Source: Phycisphaerae bacterium
GTDB taxonomy: Bacteria; Planctomycetota; Phycisphaerae; UBA1845
DNA length: 64,000 nucleotides
Direction of reading: 5' to 3'
NCBI GenBank assembly: GCA_963666835.2
Contig: CAXXGO010000006.1
Coordinates: forward strand, 2,240,001 to 2,304,000
Shown: piece by piece, positions 26,061 through 36,286 of the stretch
Numbering within the stretch: the first letter of the stretch is position 1
Layout: every line of letters starts with the position of its first letter
Notes under the pieces: model-generated
Seen by the model: only the letters and a program-made list of their open reading frames with translations
What the model was told of the DNA's origin: nothing
Databases searched by the model: none
Made by a program: the position numbers and the translations under genes

Positions 26061-28262
26061 GTGAAGCGAAGACACATCCAGGCGATCCTGATGGGTCTCC
26101 GACTGGCGGTGGTTCTGGGTAGCGTTCTACTCTTTGCCAATGCGGCGAAGAGTGGCGGCGGCCCGGAGAACGCGCTGCTGATTATTGATCCGAGGAGTGC
26201 GGAAGCCGTCTACGTAGGGAACTACTACAGGAACATCCGCAACGTTCCAGACCGGAACGTTATTTACATGGATCCGTCGGCGAGCGACTACGAGAGCCAC
26301 GCCGAGGTACAACTCGACGCATTGTTCGGCATGCTGACGAACCTCGGGGTCGACGATCACATCGACTACATCATCATCCCGCCGGGTTCGTCGTTTTTTG
26401 TGAGTGCGGAGGGGCTCGTTACCGATGCCTGTTCGGCGGTGACTCGTTTCTCGATTTCCTCCGTTTACACCATGGCCTTTCTGGCGGACGAGATTCTGGA
26501 GAGCGCCCAGACCACGCCGGTTTCTACCCAGTTGCGCAACGAGTATTACACGGAGTACAACATCGCTAAAGCGTTCGATGGGAACACCATGTGGTACAAT
26601 GGTAATACCTGGCCGCCGGAGATGTCACTTGCGCGGCGTTACTTCATCGGTGCCTTGTTGGGCTATGATGGTGCGCTTGGCAACACTATCGAAGAAACCA
26701 TCGCGATGATCGATCGTAGCGTGATGGTGGACGGTTCGCGGCCGGCGGGCACGTTCTACTTCATGGAGACATCGGACGAGCTTCGAAGCGGCCCCCGCGA
26801 CGTGGAGTTCTCTGCGGCAGTGGATGCCATCGAGGACATTGGCGGGCAAGCTGAACATCTTCTTGGCGTTCTTCCGCTGGACCACCACGATTGCCTCGGC
26901 ATCATGACCGGGTGGGCGTCTCCGGAGATTGACTCTCCGGACATGACTCTCCTCTCTGGAGCGTTCTGCGATCACTTAACAAGCTACGCCGGCCAGTTTG
27001 ACATTTCGTCGCAGGCCAAGCTCTCGCGGTGGATTGCGGAAGGAGCCAGTGGTTCCTACGGGACGGTTCAGGAACCGTGCAATTACCCGGGTAAGTTCCC
27101 CGACCCGCGTATGCATGTGTTCTACGCTCAAGGGGCGTCGCTTGGCGAGGCCGTGTTGCGTAGTCTGGAGTACGTGCCTTTCCAGGGGTTGACGTACGGT
27201 GATCCGTTGACAAGGCCCTTTGCGTATTTGCCGGATGTCGAGGTCGCTGACGCTCCGTCCGGGGAGATCTCGGGCAATCTCGTTTTGACGCCCACGGCGA
27301 CTACACCGAATCCCGAGGCGGGAATAAGCGGCTTCGATCTGTATGTTGACGGGATACTCCTTGCGGCCGCCGAGGTCGATTCGAGTTTCGTTGTGGATAC
27401 TACCGAATGGCCGGACGGCACTCATGACGTGCGGATTGTGGCGTACGAGGACAGCTCCGTTGCTTCGCAGGGTCGGTGGATTGGGTCGGTTCGAACCAAC
27501 AACCACGGTCGGTCGGCGACGCTTGGCGTTGACCAGGCGGACGGTGAGTTGGGCACGTTGTTTACGATCGACGTATCGGCTTCCGGGGCCGAGGTTACCG
27601 AGATTCGTCTAATAAGCGGGGCTCGTGTATTAGCGAGTTCGCCCTACGCTGCCGGCAGTTTGAAGTTGTTGGGGAAGGACCTTGGCCCGGGGCCGGTGCG
27701 CCTGCACGCGGAGGCTGAGTTTGACGATGGGTTGCTTGCCTTGAGCGATGTCGTTGTCGTCGACGTGCAGCCCAGCGGCGAACCGCAGGCCCACTCAGAC
27801 CCGCCGGTTGCATTCAGTTACCGGAAACATGTCCCTCGGAATGTTCCGATCATTGTCGAGTTGCCGGCCAGCAACCTCGATGGAACTCCGTTGTCGTACA
27901 CGGTCGGGGAGCTACCCGCGCAGGGCGTTTTGGTTGGTAGCGGGCCTACTCGGTTATTGCGGCCGGATCCCGGTGCTGCCGGTGAAGACGCGATCACGTT
28001 TGTCGTAGAAGACGAGGATAGTACCTCAAGTGTCGCGACGATCTCAATCCGGTACGAGTATGTCCTTCTAGGCGATCTGGATCTCGACAGGGATACGGAT
28101 TTGGCTGACCTTAGTCTGTTCCAACGGTGTTTCTCCGGTTCCGATAATCCTCCGGCGTCCGCGTGCCCCGGGGAGGTCGACGCCGACATCGACGGGGATG
28201 GTGGTGATGTTGACCTGGATGACCTCGCGGCATTCATTGATAACATTACCGGACCGTGGTAA
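26061..28262 (+). CDS. TIGR03790-like protein with Ig domains and dockerin-like C-terminus
   Basis: GGAGG RBS before GTG 26061; GPENALLII, DHLTSYAG, GTVQEPC..KFP, YGDPL; GDLDLDRDTDLADL/DIDGDGGDVDLDDL. Confidence 0.75.
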   Translation: MKRRHIQAILMGLRLAVVLGSVLLFANAAKSGGGPENALLIIDPRSAEAVYVGNYYRNIRNVPDRNVIYMDPSASDYESHAEVQLDALFGMLTNLGVDDHIDYIIIPPGSSFFVSAEGLVTDACSAVTRFSISSVYTMAFLADEILESAQTTPVSTQLRNEYYTEYNIAKAFDGNTMWYNGNTWPPEMSLARRYFIGALLGYDGALGNTIEETIAMIDRSVMVDGSRPAGTFYFMETSDELRSGPRDVEFSAAVDAIEDIGGQAEHLLGVLPLDHHDCLGIMTGWASPEIDSPDMTLLSGAFCDHLTSYAGQFDISSQAKLSRWIAEGASGSYGTVQEPCNYPGKFPDPRMHVFYAQGASLGEAVLRSLEYVPFQGLTYGDPLTRPFAYLPDVEVADAPSGEISGNLVLTPTATTPNPEAGISGFDLYVDGILLAAAEVDSSFVVDTTEWPDGTHDVRIVAYEDSSVASQGRWIGSVRTNNHGRSATLGVDQADGELGTLFTIDVSASGAEVTEIRLISGARVLASSPYAAGSLKLLGKDLGPGPVRLHAEAEFDDGLLALSDVVVVDVQPSGEPQAHSDPPVAFSYRKHVPRNVPIIVELPASNLDGTPLSYTVGELPAQGVLVGSGPTRLLRPDPGAAGEDAITFVVEDEDSTSSVATISIRYEYVLLGDLDLDRDTDLADLSLFQRCFSGSDNPPASACPGEVDADIDGDGGDVDLDDLAAFIDNITGPW

Positions 28263-28437
28263 CGCTGCCCGACCAGGCGTTCGTTTCGCTATGCGTGTAA
28301 GTCTAGGGGGAACTTTGCCGTTTACTGCGTTCTTTTGATGTAGCCTGGGGACGGTTGGTGCCAAAGTCGGGCGCCGGGTTCACTTGAACTGTAGCGCTGC
28401 CGGGCGGGGCGGTCGGCGGGAAAAGGCAATTACATCC

Positions 28438-28467
28438 TTGACAGACGGGGGTCATTCCAGTTATAGA
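28438..28467 (+). promoter_or_regulatory. Candidate sigma70 promoter for the PEP-CTERM gene cluster
   Basis: Perfect TTGACA at 28438-28443, then TATAGA after an 18-nt spacer. Confidence 0.4.
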
Positions 28468-28550
28468 AGGGTAGCATAGCGTATGTAGCTAAAGGCGTGG
28501 GGGTGTGCGCAGACGCAACCCGGCGGCGGACTACAAGGGATGTGAGGTTA

Positions 28551-29159
28551 ATGGTCAACACGGCACGGCTTAGTCTGGCTGTTTTGTTCGTAGCGTGGAC
28601 GGCGGGAGCGGTCCATGCAGACCTGACGCCGACCGTGCTGCCGACACCGGCGATGAGCGATTCAGTTGGCTTGCCGCAGGTTGCCGACGCTGATGGGCCC
28701 GGTGGAGGGCCTTCGGCTGATTTTGGTGCGAATCTCGGATCGCACCAGTTTGATGTCGTTGGTGCTCTGGGAGGGGTGTTCGGCACAGGAGTGTCGGATG
28801 GCCTGGTTCGGAGTGACGAATCGGTGGCACGGCGGATCGATCCTCTGCCCAGCAGCCTGAGTCTGTTCTTTTCCGCCATGCTGAGTGTCGGCGGATGGCA
28901 TTTAGCGCGTTCCGCCCGGCACGTGCGCCTGGGTACTCTCCCCGGGTGGTACCACACTGATGCACCGGCCCAGATTGGGCATACCCTTTCGTTCGATTTC
29001 AATTACGCGCCGACAGTGTTGCGTGTTTTCGAGTCCGCGACATGCGGAGTTGATCAGCAAGCTGCCTGGCGCGATCCGTGGGGTGAACGGTGTTTGCGTT
29101 GCACCTCGCAGACTTTCCTGCTTGTCGCGGAACCTCGCGGCCCTCCCAGCGTTTCCTGA
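28551..29159 (+). CDS. Exported protein with internal PEP-CTERM-like TM and C-terminal RGPP motif
   Basis: Signal peptide ending AVHA; PLPSSLSLFFSAMLSVGGWHLARSAR; ends EPRGPPSVS. Confidence 0.65.
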   Translation: MVNTARLSLAVLFVAWTAGAVHADLTPTVLPTPAMSDSVGLPQVADADGPGGGPSADFGANLGSHQFDVVGALGGVFGTGVSDGLVRSDESVARRIDPLPSSLSLFFSAMLSVGGWHLARSARHVRLGTLPGWYHTDAPAQIGHTLSFDFNYAPTVLRVFESATCGVDQQAAWRDPWGERCLRCTSQTFLLVAEPRGPPSVS

Positions 29160-29320
29160 GTACCCGCAGAGCGACACGATAGGGGGCGAATACCCCGGTC
29201 TTGTTGTGCGTTTTTGGTGTTTGAGGAAACGAGAGTTATCAGTTTATAGAAGGGCTTCTCCGGTCCTTCGCCTTGTTGAGGCGGTGGACGCGGTTCGGGG
29301 CGGAGAAAGGGAAAGAGGGG

Positions 29321-30091
29321 ATGAGGACACTGATTTGTATTTTGAAGGTCGTAGTGGTTGTGGCGTTCCTTGCGGCGCCGGTGTTGGCTGATTATACGAG
29401 CGTCACCGGTCCCGGTGAGACGGGGATCCAGAACCTTTTGAATAACCTTTATGGGACGACGTTTTCGCCGAGTGGTTCCAATGCGTCCTATTTCGACAAT
29501 TCTGCTGTCGGAGGGAGCATCTGTGTCACGCGGGTTCACGATCACCTTGCTAGCGGATATGCGGGCGACCCCCTGCACCTGTTGTATGGGGCTACCAGCC
29601 TCGACGATACCGACCAGGTTTGGACAGACGGCATTGCGGCTGTGCGGGCTCGAGCTCGGTTCGCGGGCTACAGTCAGCATTTCGGGTGGGATGGGGGCCT
29701 GGGAACGACTCAGGCGAACTTCGCAGCCAACACTCTGTTTAGCGTATCCGAGGGGTACCACGAGGGTGCATTTACGGGACCGCTGGCGATATCCGGTGAC
29801 TTCCGCTGGGCGCGTGCGAATAACGCGAGCGGTACGAGCAATCTGCAGTGGTCTGAAGTGGCGGCCAATACCGTTGATGGCTTGGACCACATGATAACTT
29901 ACGAGGTCACCGGGGTTGCCGCGCCGGACGTGAGAACATGGTTGATTTTCTTTGATGACCAGATCGGTGGCGGAGACCGCGACTTCAACGACCTTGTCGT
30001 TGAGATTCAGGCCGTTCCGGTGCCCGGTGCCGTTCTTCTGGGCGCGCTGGGATTAGGCATGGTTGGCTTGGTCAAGCGGCGGTTCTCGTAG
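29321..30091 (+). CDS. PEP-CTERM-type surface protein with DUF4114-like motif
   Basis: Signal peptide; FFDDQIGGGDRDFNDLVVEI; VPVPGAVLLGALGLGMVGLVKRRFS. Confidence 0.88.
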   Translation: MRTLICILKVVVVVAFLAAPVLADYTSVTGPGETGIQNLLNNLYGTTFSPSGSNASYFDNSAVGGSICVTRVHDHLASGYAGDPLHLLYGATSLDDTDQVWTDGIAAVRARARFAGYSQHFGWDGGLGTTQANFAANTLFSVSEGYHEGAFTGPLAISGDFRWARANNASGTSNLQWSEVAANTVDGLDHMITYEVTGVAAPDVRTWLIFFDDQIGGGDRDFNDLVVEIQAVPVPGAVLLGALGLGMVGLVKRRFS

Positions 30092-30165
30092 GCGGAGCGA
30101 TTGATTATTCGTGCTCGTTACTGTCCTGACGGTGGCGAATGCGGCTTAGAATAGGAAGGGCTGAG

Positions 30166-30906
30166 ATGACGGGAAAGACATTTGTGCCGGGGGCTCTGGT
30201 GTTGATAACACTGTTTGCCGCACCGGCTTTCGCGGACATTACGACTTTCTTTGGAGAAGACTTAGGGTTGGGCGAGTGGACCAGGTTGCCGGCTTGGTCG
30301 AACGCGGCCGGTGCTCGCGCCGATTTCGATGCAATGCTCACGGGGGGCGTTTCGACCGAGGATTTTGAATCGTACGCTCGAGGTACGTCCCTGCCGCTGG
30401 ATCTGACCTTCACGGGCGGTTACGGCGATATCGGAGCCACGATATCGAGGACCGGGGGAACTTTCGACCCGTACGTCGAGGAAGTGCCCACGGGTACGAA
30501 TGGCTACGGGCGCTTCCCCACGTCCGGCGACAATTACCTGGAGACCAGCAATGCGATGAGGATCGATTTCAACACGGCCGTTGCCGCATTCGGTTTCTAC
30601 GGGATTGATATTGGCGACTTTGACGGCCAGGTTACCGTGACCACCGTCAACGGCGGGACGCACACGTACAATGTCGGCAACACGATGAACGGGGCAGGCG
30701 GATCAGTGCTCTTTTGGGGCATCATCGATACGGATCACCTGTTTACGTCCATCGAGTTTGGGAACACGGCATCCGATGTTGACTGTTTTGGCTTCGACGA
30801 TATGACCGTGGGTGACCAGTATCAGGTCATTCCCGCGCCCGGTGCCGCTCTTCTTGGGGTGTTGGGTCTGAGCATGGTCGGCTGGGTCAAGCGGCGCTTC
30901 TCCTAA
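30166..30906 (+). CDS. PEP-CTERM-type surface protein
   Basis: Signal peptide ending PAFA; IPAPGAALLGVLGLSMVGWVKRRFS. Confidence 0.88.
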   Translation: MTGKTFVPGALVLITLFAAPAFADITTFFGEDLGLGEWTRLPAWSNAAGARADFDAMLTGGVSTEDFESYARGTSLPLDLTFTGGYGDIGATISRTGGTFDPYVEEVPTGTNGYGRFPTSGDNYLETSNAMRIDFNTAVAAFGFYGIDIGDFDGQVTVTTVNGGTHTYNVGNTMNGAGGSVLFWGIIDTDHLFTSIEFGNTASDVDCFGFDDMTVGDQYQVIPAPGAALLGVLGLSMVGWVKRRFS

Positions 30907-30978
30907 GGACGGGGCTATCGGGTGTTTCCGCCTCCACTGAGGGTGGCGGATCTTAGAGCTTATGGAAGGAAAACGCTC

Positions 30979-31692
30979 ATGGTAAGACAAAGACAACTCA
31001 CGAGTTTGGCTGCTGTTGCTGCGTTGATTGTGGCTGGGCTGGTGATATCGGCGCCCGCGCAGGCGGACCCGTCCGTGTTGTCGTTCGGCTATAACACGCT
31101 TGCCGGGTCCTTTACGCCAAGTGGCAGTAACGGCGGCGGTTTCGTTGCGACGGCAACCACGAGTCTGGGCGGCGGACCGTTGTTTACTCAGGGGGCGGCG
31201 ACGAGGTTGGTGGAGCCTACTGGGACAGCCCAGTTTCTCTTTCACCCCGATTTCGACTTCGGCGATGCGGATTTCTCGCTCAATCTGAGTATCTTCGATA
31301 TAGACCGAGACCTGAACACTGCGTTGGCGCACGGGACGTTGACGGCTATTGACATAGACGGAGACGTGATCACCGGTAGTGTGTCCGGCGGCTGGACTCT
31401 GATCGGCGGCCAGGCGACTTTTACCGGTGGTATCAGCGAGCTGGCCATCAGCAGCGATGATGGCTCGTTCGACGGACAGTTCGGGACGGATTTTGATGCC
31501 GCGTTTGATGATCTGGACCAGATGATCGGCGTGGTGACTGATATAACCGGTGTTTCGGGCGGGTTCTTCGAGGAGGGGTTCATCGACCACTCGTCGCTCG
31601 TAACCAGTCAGATTATCCCCGCGCCTGGAGCTGTGGTGCTGGGGGTCATTGGGCTGGGTATGGTGGGCTGGATTCGCAAGCGCACCGGGTAG
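30979..31692 (+). CDS. PEP-CTERM-type surface protein
   Basis: AAGGA RBS; signal peptide ending PAQA; IPAPGAVVLGVIGLGMVGWIRKRTG. Confidence 0.88.
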   Translation: MVRQRQLTSLAAVAALIVAGLVISAPAQADPSVLSFGYNTLAGSFTPSGSNGGGFVATATTSLGGGPLFTQGAATRLVEPTGTAQFLFHPDFDFGDADFSLNLSIFDIDRDLNTALAHGTLTAIDIDGDVITGSVSGGWTLIGGQATFTGGISELAISSDDGSFDGQFGTDFDAAFDDLDQMIGVVTDITGVSGGFFEEGFIDHSSLVTSQIIPAPGAVVLGVIGLGMVGWIRKRTG

Positions 31693-31733
31693 AGACTTTC
31701 CGTACAACAGACAGGGCATGACTTAGCAATTGG

Positions 31734-31774
31734 CGCCGGCGGGGGCTGTGATGAGCCCCGCCGGCGTTCTTCTT
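31734..31774 (+). terminator. Probable intrinsic terminator
   Basis: CGCCGGCGGGGGCT-loop-AGCCCCGCCGGCG followed by TTCTTCTT. Confidence 0.7.
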
Positions 31775-31936
31775 GTCCACCTTCTGAGCGCCCAGATCTG
31801 CAACGATGCGGTTCGCGAGCGTTTCTGGTAGAGTGATCCCAGCGGTAGGGTGGCCGGTGTTCCGACGGGCTCGCCGCTCATTCTAACGGTCAACACATGG
31901 TGGGGTTGGTTGCCTCACACGGAAAGGATTCTCGCC

Positions 31937-34900
31937 ATGAAAGCGTTGCGCCATTCTGGCCGAGTCAACGTCAGGTCGCTGGTCATTCTCGTGCTGGTTG
32001 TGGGGATGCTCGGTTGTGCCGCCGTCGTCGGTCACTACGTGAGGAAACGGATCGTCACCGCGAACGCCCTGGCGGCCGGCAAGGCCGAACTGGATCAGGG
32101 AAACTGGTCGGACGCGTGCAAGCACTTGAAGGTCTATTTGTCGAAGTATCCTGACGACGTGGAGATTCTCGAGGAGTATGCACGGGCGCGCCTTGCTATT
32201 CGTCCACTCGAGGCGGGCAACATCGGGTATGCGATTGGAGCGTATCGCCGATTGCTGCGACACAAGCCTGCCGACGAGATGGTTTGTAGCGAACTTGCCA
32301 GGCTCTACCACGCTGTCCGGGAATACGATGACGCGGCGTATATCTGCCGTGAGCGTTTGAAGGCGGCGTCTTCTGATGCTACGGCCATGCTCTGGCTCGG
32401 CAAGGCGCTTGCCGCCCAGCACAAGTATGACGAGGCGAACGAGCTGCTTACGAGCCTGGTCACGCAACACGGGGAACAGGTGGAGGGTTACCTTTTGTTG
32501 AGCGCTCTGGCCATGCAAAAGGGTGAGAGCTCGTCCAAGAACGTGGCCACGGATTGGCTGAATCAGGCGGTGCAGGCTGTTCCCGATTCGGCCGAAGCGA
32601 GGGTGGAGCGGGCACGGCATCGCCGGGCAAACCTCAACGACTTGGCCGGCGCGCGTGGAGATCTTGAGACTGCAAGTGCGCTGCAGCCTGACGACCCACG
32701 AGTAATGCTGCTTCTGGCGGTGGAGTGGACGTCTCTGGGCGACCTGGACCGGGCGCACGATGCGATGGAAGCTGTTGCGGAAGTCGACCCGGATACTCTT
32801 GCTGATTCGAATATTAGCCCTGCCGGCTTCGTTTTGGCGAGGTCGGTATCTGCAGCCAAGCTGACACTCCTGCGCGGCGAGAACAAGAAGGGGGTGGAGC
32901 TTGCAGATCAGACGCTTGCGCGACTCTCGGATCAGTGGCGAGTGAAGTTTCTTCCCGTCGCGGCGAGGCTCTATGTGGCCGGTGCTTGCGTTGATAAGGC
33001 CCGGGGGGCTGTCAATGAGCTGCGGGCTGCTGTCGAGCTGACCAGTGACGCAAAGGGGTCGATGTACGACGAACTTGCGCTGATTGACGCGGCTGTTTCG
33101 GATGCCGAAGGGCGGTGGTATGCGGTAATCGCCTTGCTTGAGGATCGAGTATCTGTTGATCCCGGACAGGCGAATGAGTGGAGGTTGTTGTGGAGGGCGT
33201 ACGAGGGGAGCGGCCAATCCCGGAGGGCTCTCCGCGCGTTGGAGACTTACGTTAGTCTCAGGCCGGCCGATACAACAGCGGCGCTGGCCCTCGCGCGAGC
33301 CTACGCGAACCGGGATTGGGGCAAAGTCCTTCGGTATGCAGGGCAAGTTGAGCGGGCAAACCCGCACAACCTGGGGGCGAAGCTGTTGCGAATCGAGGCG
33401 ACGCTGCGCGGCGCTCGGGGAAGAGTCGGTGAATCTCAGATTGCCGAATCCGCTGCGGAGCTAGCGGCGCTGCGAGAAGCGAATCCAAGAAGTGTTGGCA
33501 TCCGTCTGCTGCAAGCACTCATTGCCGTTGGGCAGGGACGTCTCGACGACGCAATTGCCGAGTTGGAACATGCGGTTTCCGACACCGACGAGCCGTTGAT
33601 TCCGGCGTTGCAGCTTCTGCAGCTTCATGCCCAGGCCGGCCGGACCGAGCAGGCGATTGCGGTGGCCACAAGTGCCATGGAGCGTCACCCAGACGTTGCG
33701 GTACCGGCGACGGCTCTGGCCGAGCTGCTTGCGAGTTCCGGCCAGGCAGATCGGGCGGAAAAAACGCTAAGAGAAGCGATTGCGCGGTTGACGGGTAGGG
33801 AGAAGGTGCGCGCGGTTCTTACCCTGGCGCGGCACCTGCTTTCCAAGGATGACCGGTCACCGGGGATCGAGTTACTCAGCAGGTTCGCCGTTGATCATCC
33901 GGACGATGTCCAATCCCGGCTGGTGTTGTCGGAACTTCCCGAAGTCCGTGATGATGCGGAAAAGGCGCAGGAGTTGGTCGATGAGCTACGGGGTATCGAG
34001 GGTGAGCGGGGGGTGCGTTGGAGGGTGGCGCAGGCGGTGCTTTGGCTGCGGCAGGCTGATTGGCGGTCTCGGCAGGAAGCGATTGAGGAGTTGTTACGGG
34101 ACAGCATCCAAACTGATCGGGGCTGGTCTGCCCCGGTTCTGGCATTGGGAAGCATGTATGAGCTTTCCGGGAGGGACAGGCAAGCAGAAGAGCTGTACCG
34201 CGGAGTGCTCGCGGCGCTCCCCGAACAAATCGAAGTGGTGAGTCAGCTCGTCGCCTTGTTTGAAAGGCAGCGACGTTTCGCGGAGGCGGCTTCGCTCCTG
34301 GAGGGAATGCCGGAAGTTCCGAAACTGAGCGAGCATCGGGTGATTACGGCGGTTGGCCTTGGAGAGTACGACGCGGCGATCGAGCAACTGCGGCAGCGTA
34401 CGGCGGCAGACCCGGGCAACGTTGGTGCGAAGATAACGCTTGCGAAGCTGCTGTATTCTCACCATGGTGATGTCGGCGGCGCATTGGATCTGTTGGACGA
34501 GGCTCAGACCCTTGCTCCGGATTTACTGACAGCAATAACGGCTAAGACGACGATTCTGCACGCCGAAGGCCGTAACAGCGAGGTCATCACCCTCCTTGAT
34601 AACGAGGTCAAACGTCGGGGGGATTTCGCTGCTTACCTGCTGCGGGGTGCGTACTTCGCCACGATTGGTGAGGTGGATCAGGCCGAGCAGGACTACGTTC
34701 ATTTGACGACGGTTGGACAATCGGCTGTTGATGGTTACGCATCGCTGGGCGAATTCTATCAGAGGTTGGGGAGGACGGATGAGGCCATTGCCGCGTGGGA
34801 GGCTGGTTTGAAGATCGCCCCGAATGATGATCGGATGAAGCGGATGCTCCTGGCGGCTCTTGTGGCCAGCCCGCGCATGCCGGACCGTGAGCGGTCGCGG

Positions 34901-36286
34901 GCAATGCTGCGCGGGCTGCTGGCGCGCGCGCCCGATGATCCGGACGTTCTGTCCGCTCAAGCCGATCTGTTGCTGGCCGACGGTACGCCGGAGGCGATTG
35001 AGCAGGCCACCGATACGCTGGACCGTGTGACAGGCCTCGACCCTCGGAACGTCGGTGCTTACCTGCGTTTGATTCAATTGGCACGACAAGACGGCAATCT
35101 GTCGGAAGCGCGGCGTCTGGCGGTTAGAGGGCTTGGAGCCAACCCGTATGACGTTGCGTTGCTCCTGGTGCGAGCCGGTCTGGAAGCCGAGCTCGACAAT
35201 GTCCGCGTGGCTCGCCAACTGGCGGAGTCGGTCCTGGAGATACACCCAAGAAACGTCGCGGCGTACAACCTGTTGTCAGGATTGGCACTCCTGGCGGGCG
35301 AGATAGAATCAGCGCGAGCACTTAACGAGAAGGCCCTCGAGTTTGATAATCTCAACGAGATTGCTCAGGAAACTCACGCCAAGATCCTCATCGCAGGGGG
35401 ACAATACGATCAAGCTCTTCGAGACCTCGAGTCTTATCGTGGAACTGGGGAGGGCGGTGGCAGCGTTGTCACCCTTCTGGCACTGGCGGCGCTTTATCGA
35501 GAGCGCGGGGACTTTGATACGGCGGGGGAACGCCTTGATGAGGCCGCCGAACTTGCCCCAGGCGATTCGAGCGTTTTCGGCGAACGCCTGCGCTGGTTAG
35601 CGGCACAAGACCGGTTCGACGAGATCGTGAAGAGGCTCGCGGAACATCGTGTCGATCAACCGGGCGAATTGCAGGCCTTACTTGTGGGAGGTGGGCTCCT
35701 TGCCTCCGCAGGGGAGGAGGCCCATGTTCGCACGGCCAAGTCCCTGTTCGAACAAGCCATTGCGTATGAGCCGAACAGTGTTGATGGGCATCTTGGCCTT
35801 GCCCGAGTCGCTTACTTGGGCGGTGAAGTGGAGCTGGCCGAGCGCTCCTATTGGCGAGTTCTAGAGTTGGAACCCTATCACGAGCAGGCGCTGAATGACT
35901 TGGCGTGGATTCTCGTCGTCGAGCTGGATCGGGTCGAGGAGGCGCTGAGTCTGGCTGATAAGGGCGTGGCCCGATATCCGGACGATCCGCATCTGCTGGA
36001 CACGCGAAGCGTAGTGTTCCTGAAGTTGGGTCGGACGGCGGATGCGAGGAGGGACTTGGAAGAGTGTGTGCGTAACGCGGCCGACCTTCCGGCGACCCGA
36101 GCGCGTGCGTTGTTCCACCTTGCCCAAGTATGCTTCGAAGAGAACAGCCTTGCGGATGCCAAAGCGAAGTTGGCGGAGGCTCTGGAAATCGACGGGCGAA
36201 GTCACGTGTTCAACGACCGAGAACGCCAAGAGATTGCGCAACTGAGCGGTAAGCTGTCAACAGCTCCAAGCGAGCAAGATCGTTGA
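31937..36286 (+). CDS. Large membrane-anchored TPR protein (PEP-CTERM/EPS-associated, PrsT-like)
   Basis: AAGGA RBS; N-terminal TM; many TPR units; C-terminal ALNDLAWIL...LLDTRSVVFLKLG. Confidence 0.85.
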   Translation: MKALRHSGRVNVRSLVILVLVVGMLGCAAVVGHYVRKRIVTANALAAGKAELDQGNWSDACKHLKVYLSKYPDDVEILEEYARARLAIRPLEAGNIGYAIGAYRRLLRHKPADEMVCSELARLYHAVREYDDAAYICRERLKAASSDATAMLWLGKALAAQHKYDEANELLTSLVTQHGEQVEGYLLLSALAMQKGESSSKNVATDWLNQAVQAVPDSAEARVERARHRRANLNDLAGARGDLETASALQPDDPRVMLLLAVEWTSLGDLDRAHDAMEAVAEVDPDTLADSNISPAGFVLARSVSAAKLTLLRGENKKGVELADQTLARLSDQWRVKFLPVAARLYVAGACVDKARGAVNELRAAVELTSDAKGSMYDELALIDAAVSDAEGRWYAVIALLEDRVSVDPGQANEWRLLWRAYEGSGQSRRALRALETYVSLRPADTTAALALARAYANRDWGKVLRYAGQVERANPHNLGAKLLRIEATLRGARGRVGESQIAESAAELAALREANPRSVGIRLLQALIAVGQGRLDDAIAELEHAVSDTDEPLIPALQLLQLHAQAGRTEQAIAVATSAMERHPDVAVPATALAELLASSGQADRAEKTLREAIARLTGREKVRAVLTLARHLLSKDDRSPGIELLSRFAVDHPDDVQSRLVLSELPEVRDDAEKAQELVDELRGIEGERGVRWRVAQAVLWLRQADWRSRQEAIEELLRDSIQTDRGWSAPVLALGSMYELSGRDRQAEELYRGVLAALPEQIEVVSQLVALFERQRRFAEAASLLEGMPEVPKLSEHRVITAVGLGEYDAAIEQLRQRTAADPGNVGAKITLAKLLYSHHGDVGGALDLLDEAQTLAPDLLTAITAKTTILHAEGRNSEVITLLDNEVKRRGDFAAYLLRGAYFATIGEVDQAEQDYVHLTTVGQSAVDGYASLGEFYQRLGRTDEAIAAWEAGLKIAPNDDRMKRMLLAALVASPRMPDRERSRAMLRGLLARAPDDPDVLSAQADLLLADGTPEAIEQATDTLDRVTGLDPRNVGAYLRLIQLARQDGNLSEARRLAVRGLGANPYDVALLLVRAGLEAELDNVRVARQLAESVLEIHPRNVAAYNLLSGLALLAGEIESARALNEKALEFDNLNEIAQETHAKILIAGGQYDQALRDLESYRGTGEGGGSVVTLLALAALYRERGDFDTAGERLDEAAELAPGDSSVFGERLRWLAAQDRFDEIVKRLAEHRVDQPGELQALLVGGGLLASAGEEAHVRTAKSLFEQAIAYEPNSVDGHLGLARVAYLGGEVELAERSYWRVLELEPYHEQALNDLAWILVVELDRVEEALSLADKGVARYPDDPHLLDTRSVVFLKLGRTADARRDLEECVRNAADLPATRARALFHLAQVCFEENSLADAKAKLAEALEIDGRSHVFNDRERQEIAQLSGKLSTAPSEQDR

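Noticed and set aside
31841..31852. ops-like AGCGGTAGGGTG upstream of the TPR gene
   Set aside because: One mismatch to the enterobacterial consensus in GC-rich DNA, and ops use in this lineage is not established; may be chance
31883..33367. Long minus-strand ORFs here and elsewhere (e.g. 992-1933, 38656-39678, 58926-60014)
   Set aside because: Shadow ORFs opposite well-supported + strand genes in GC-rich DNA, with no recognisable motifs
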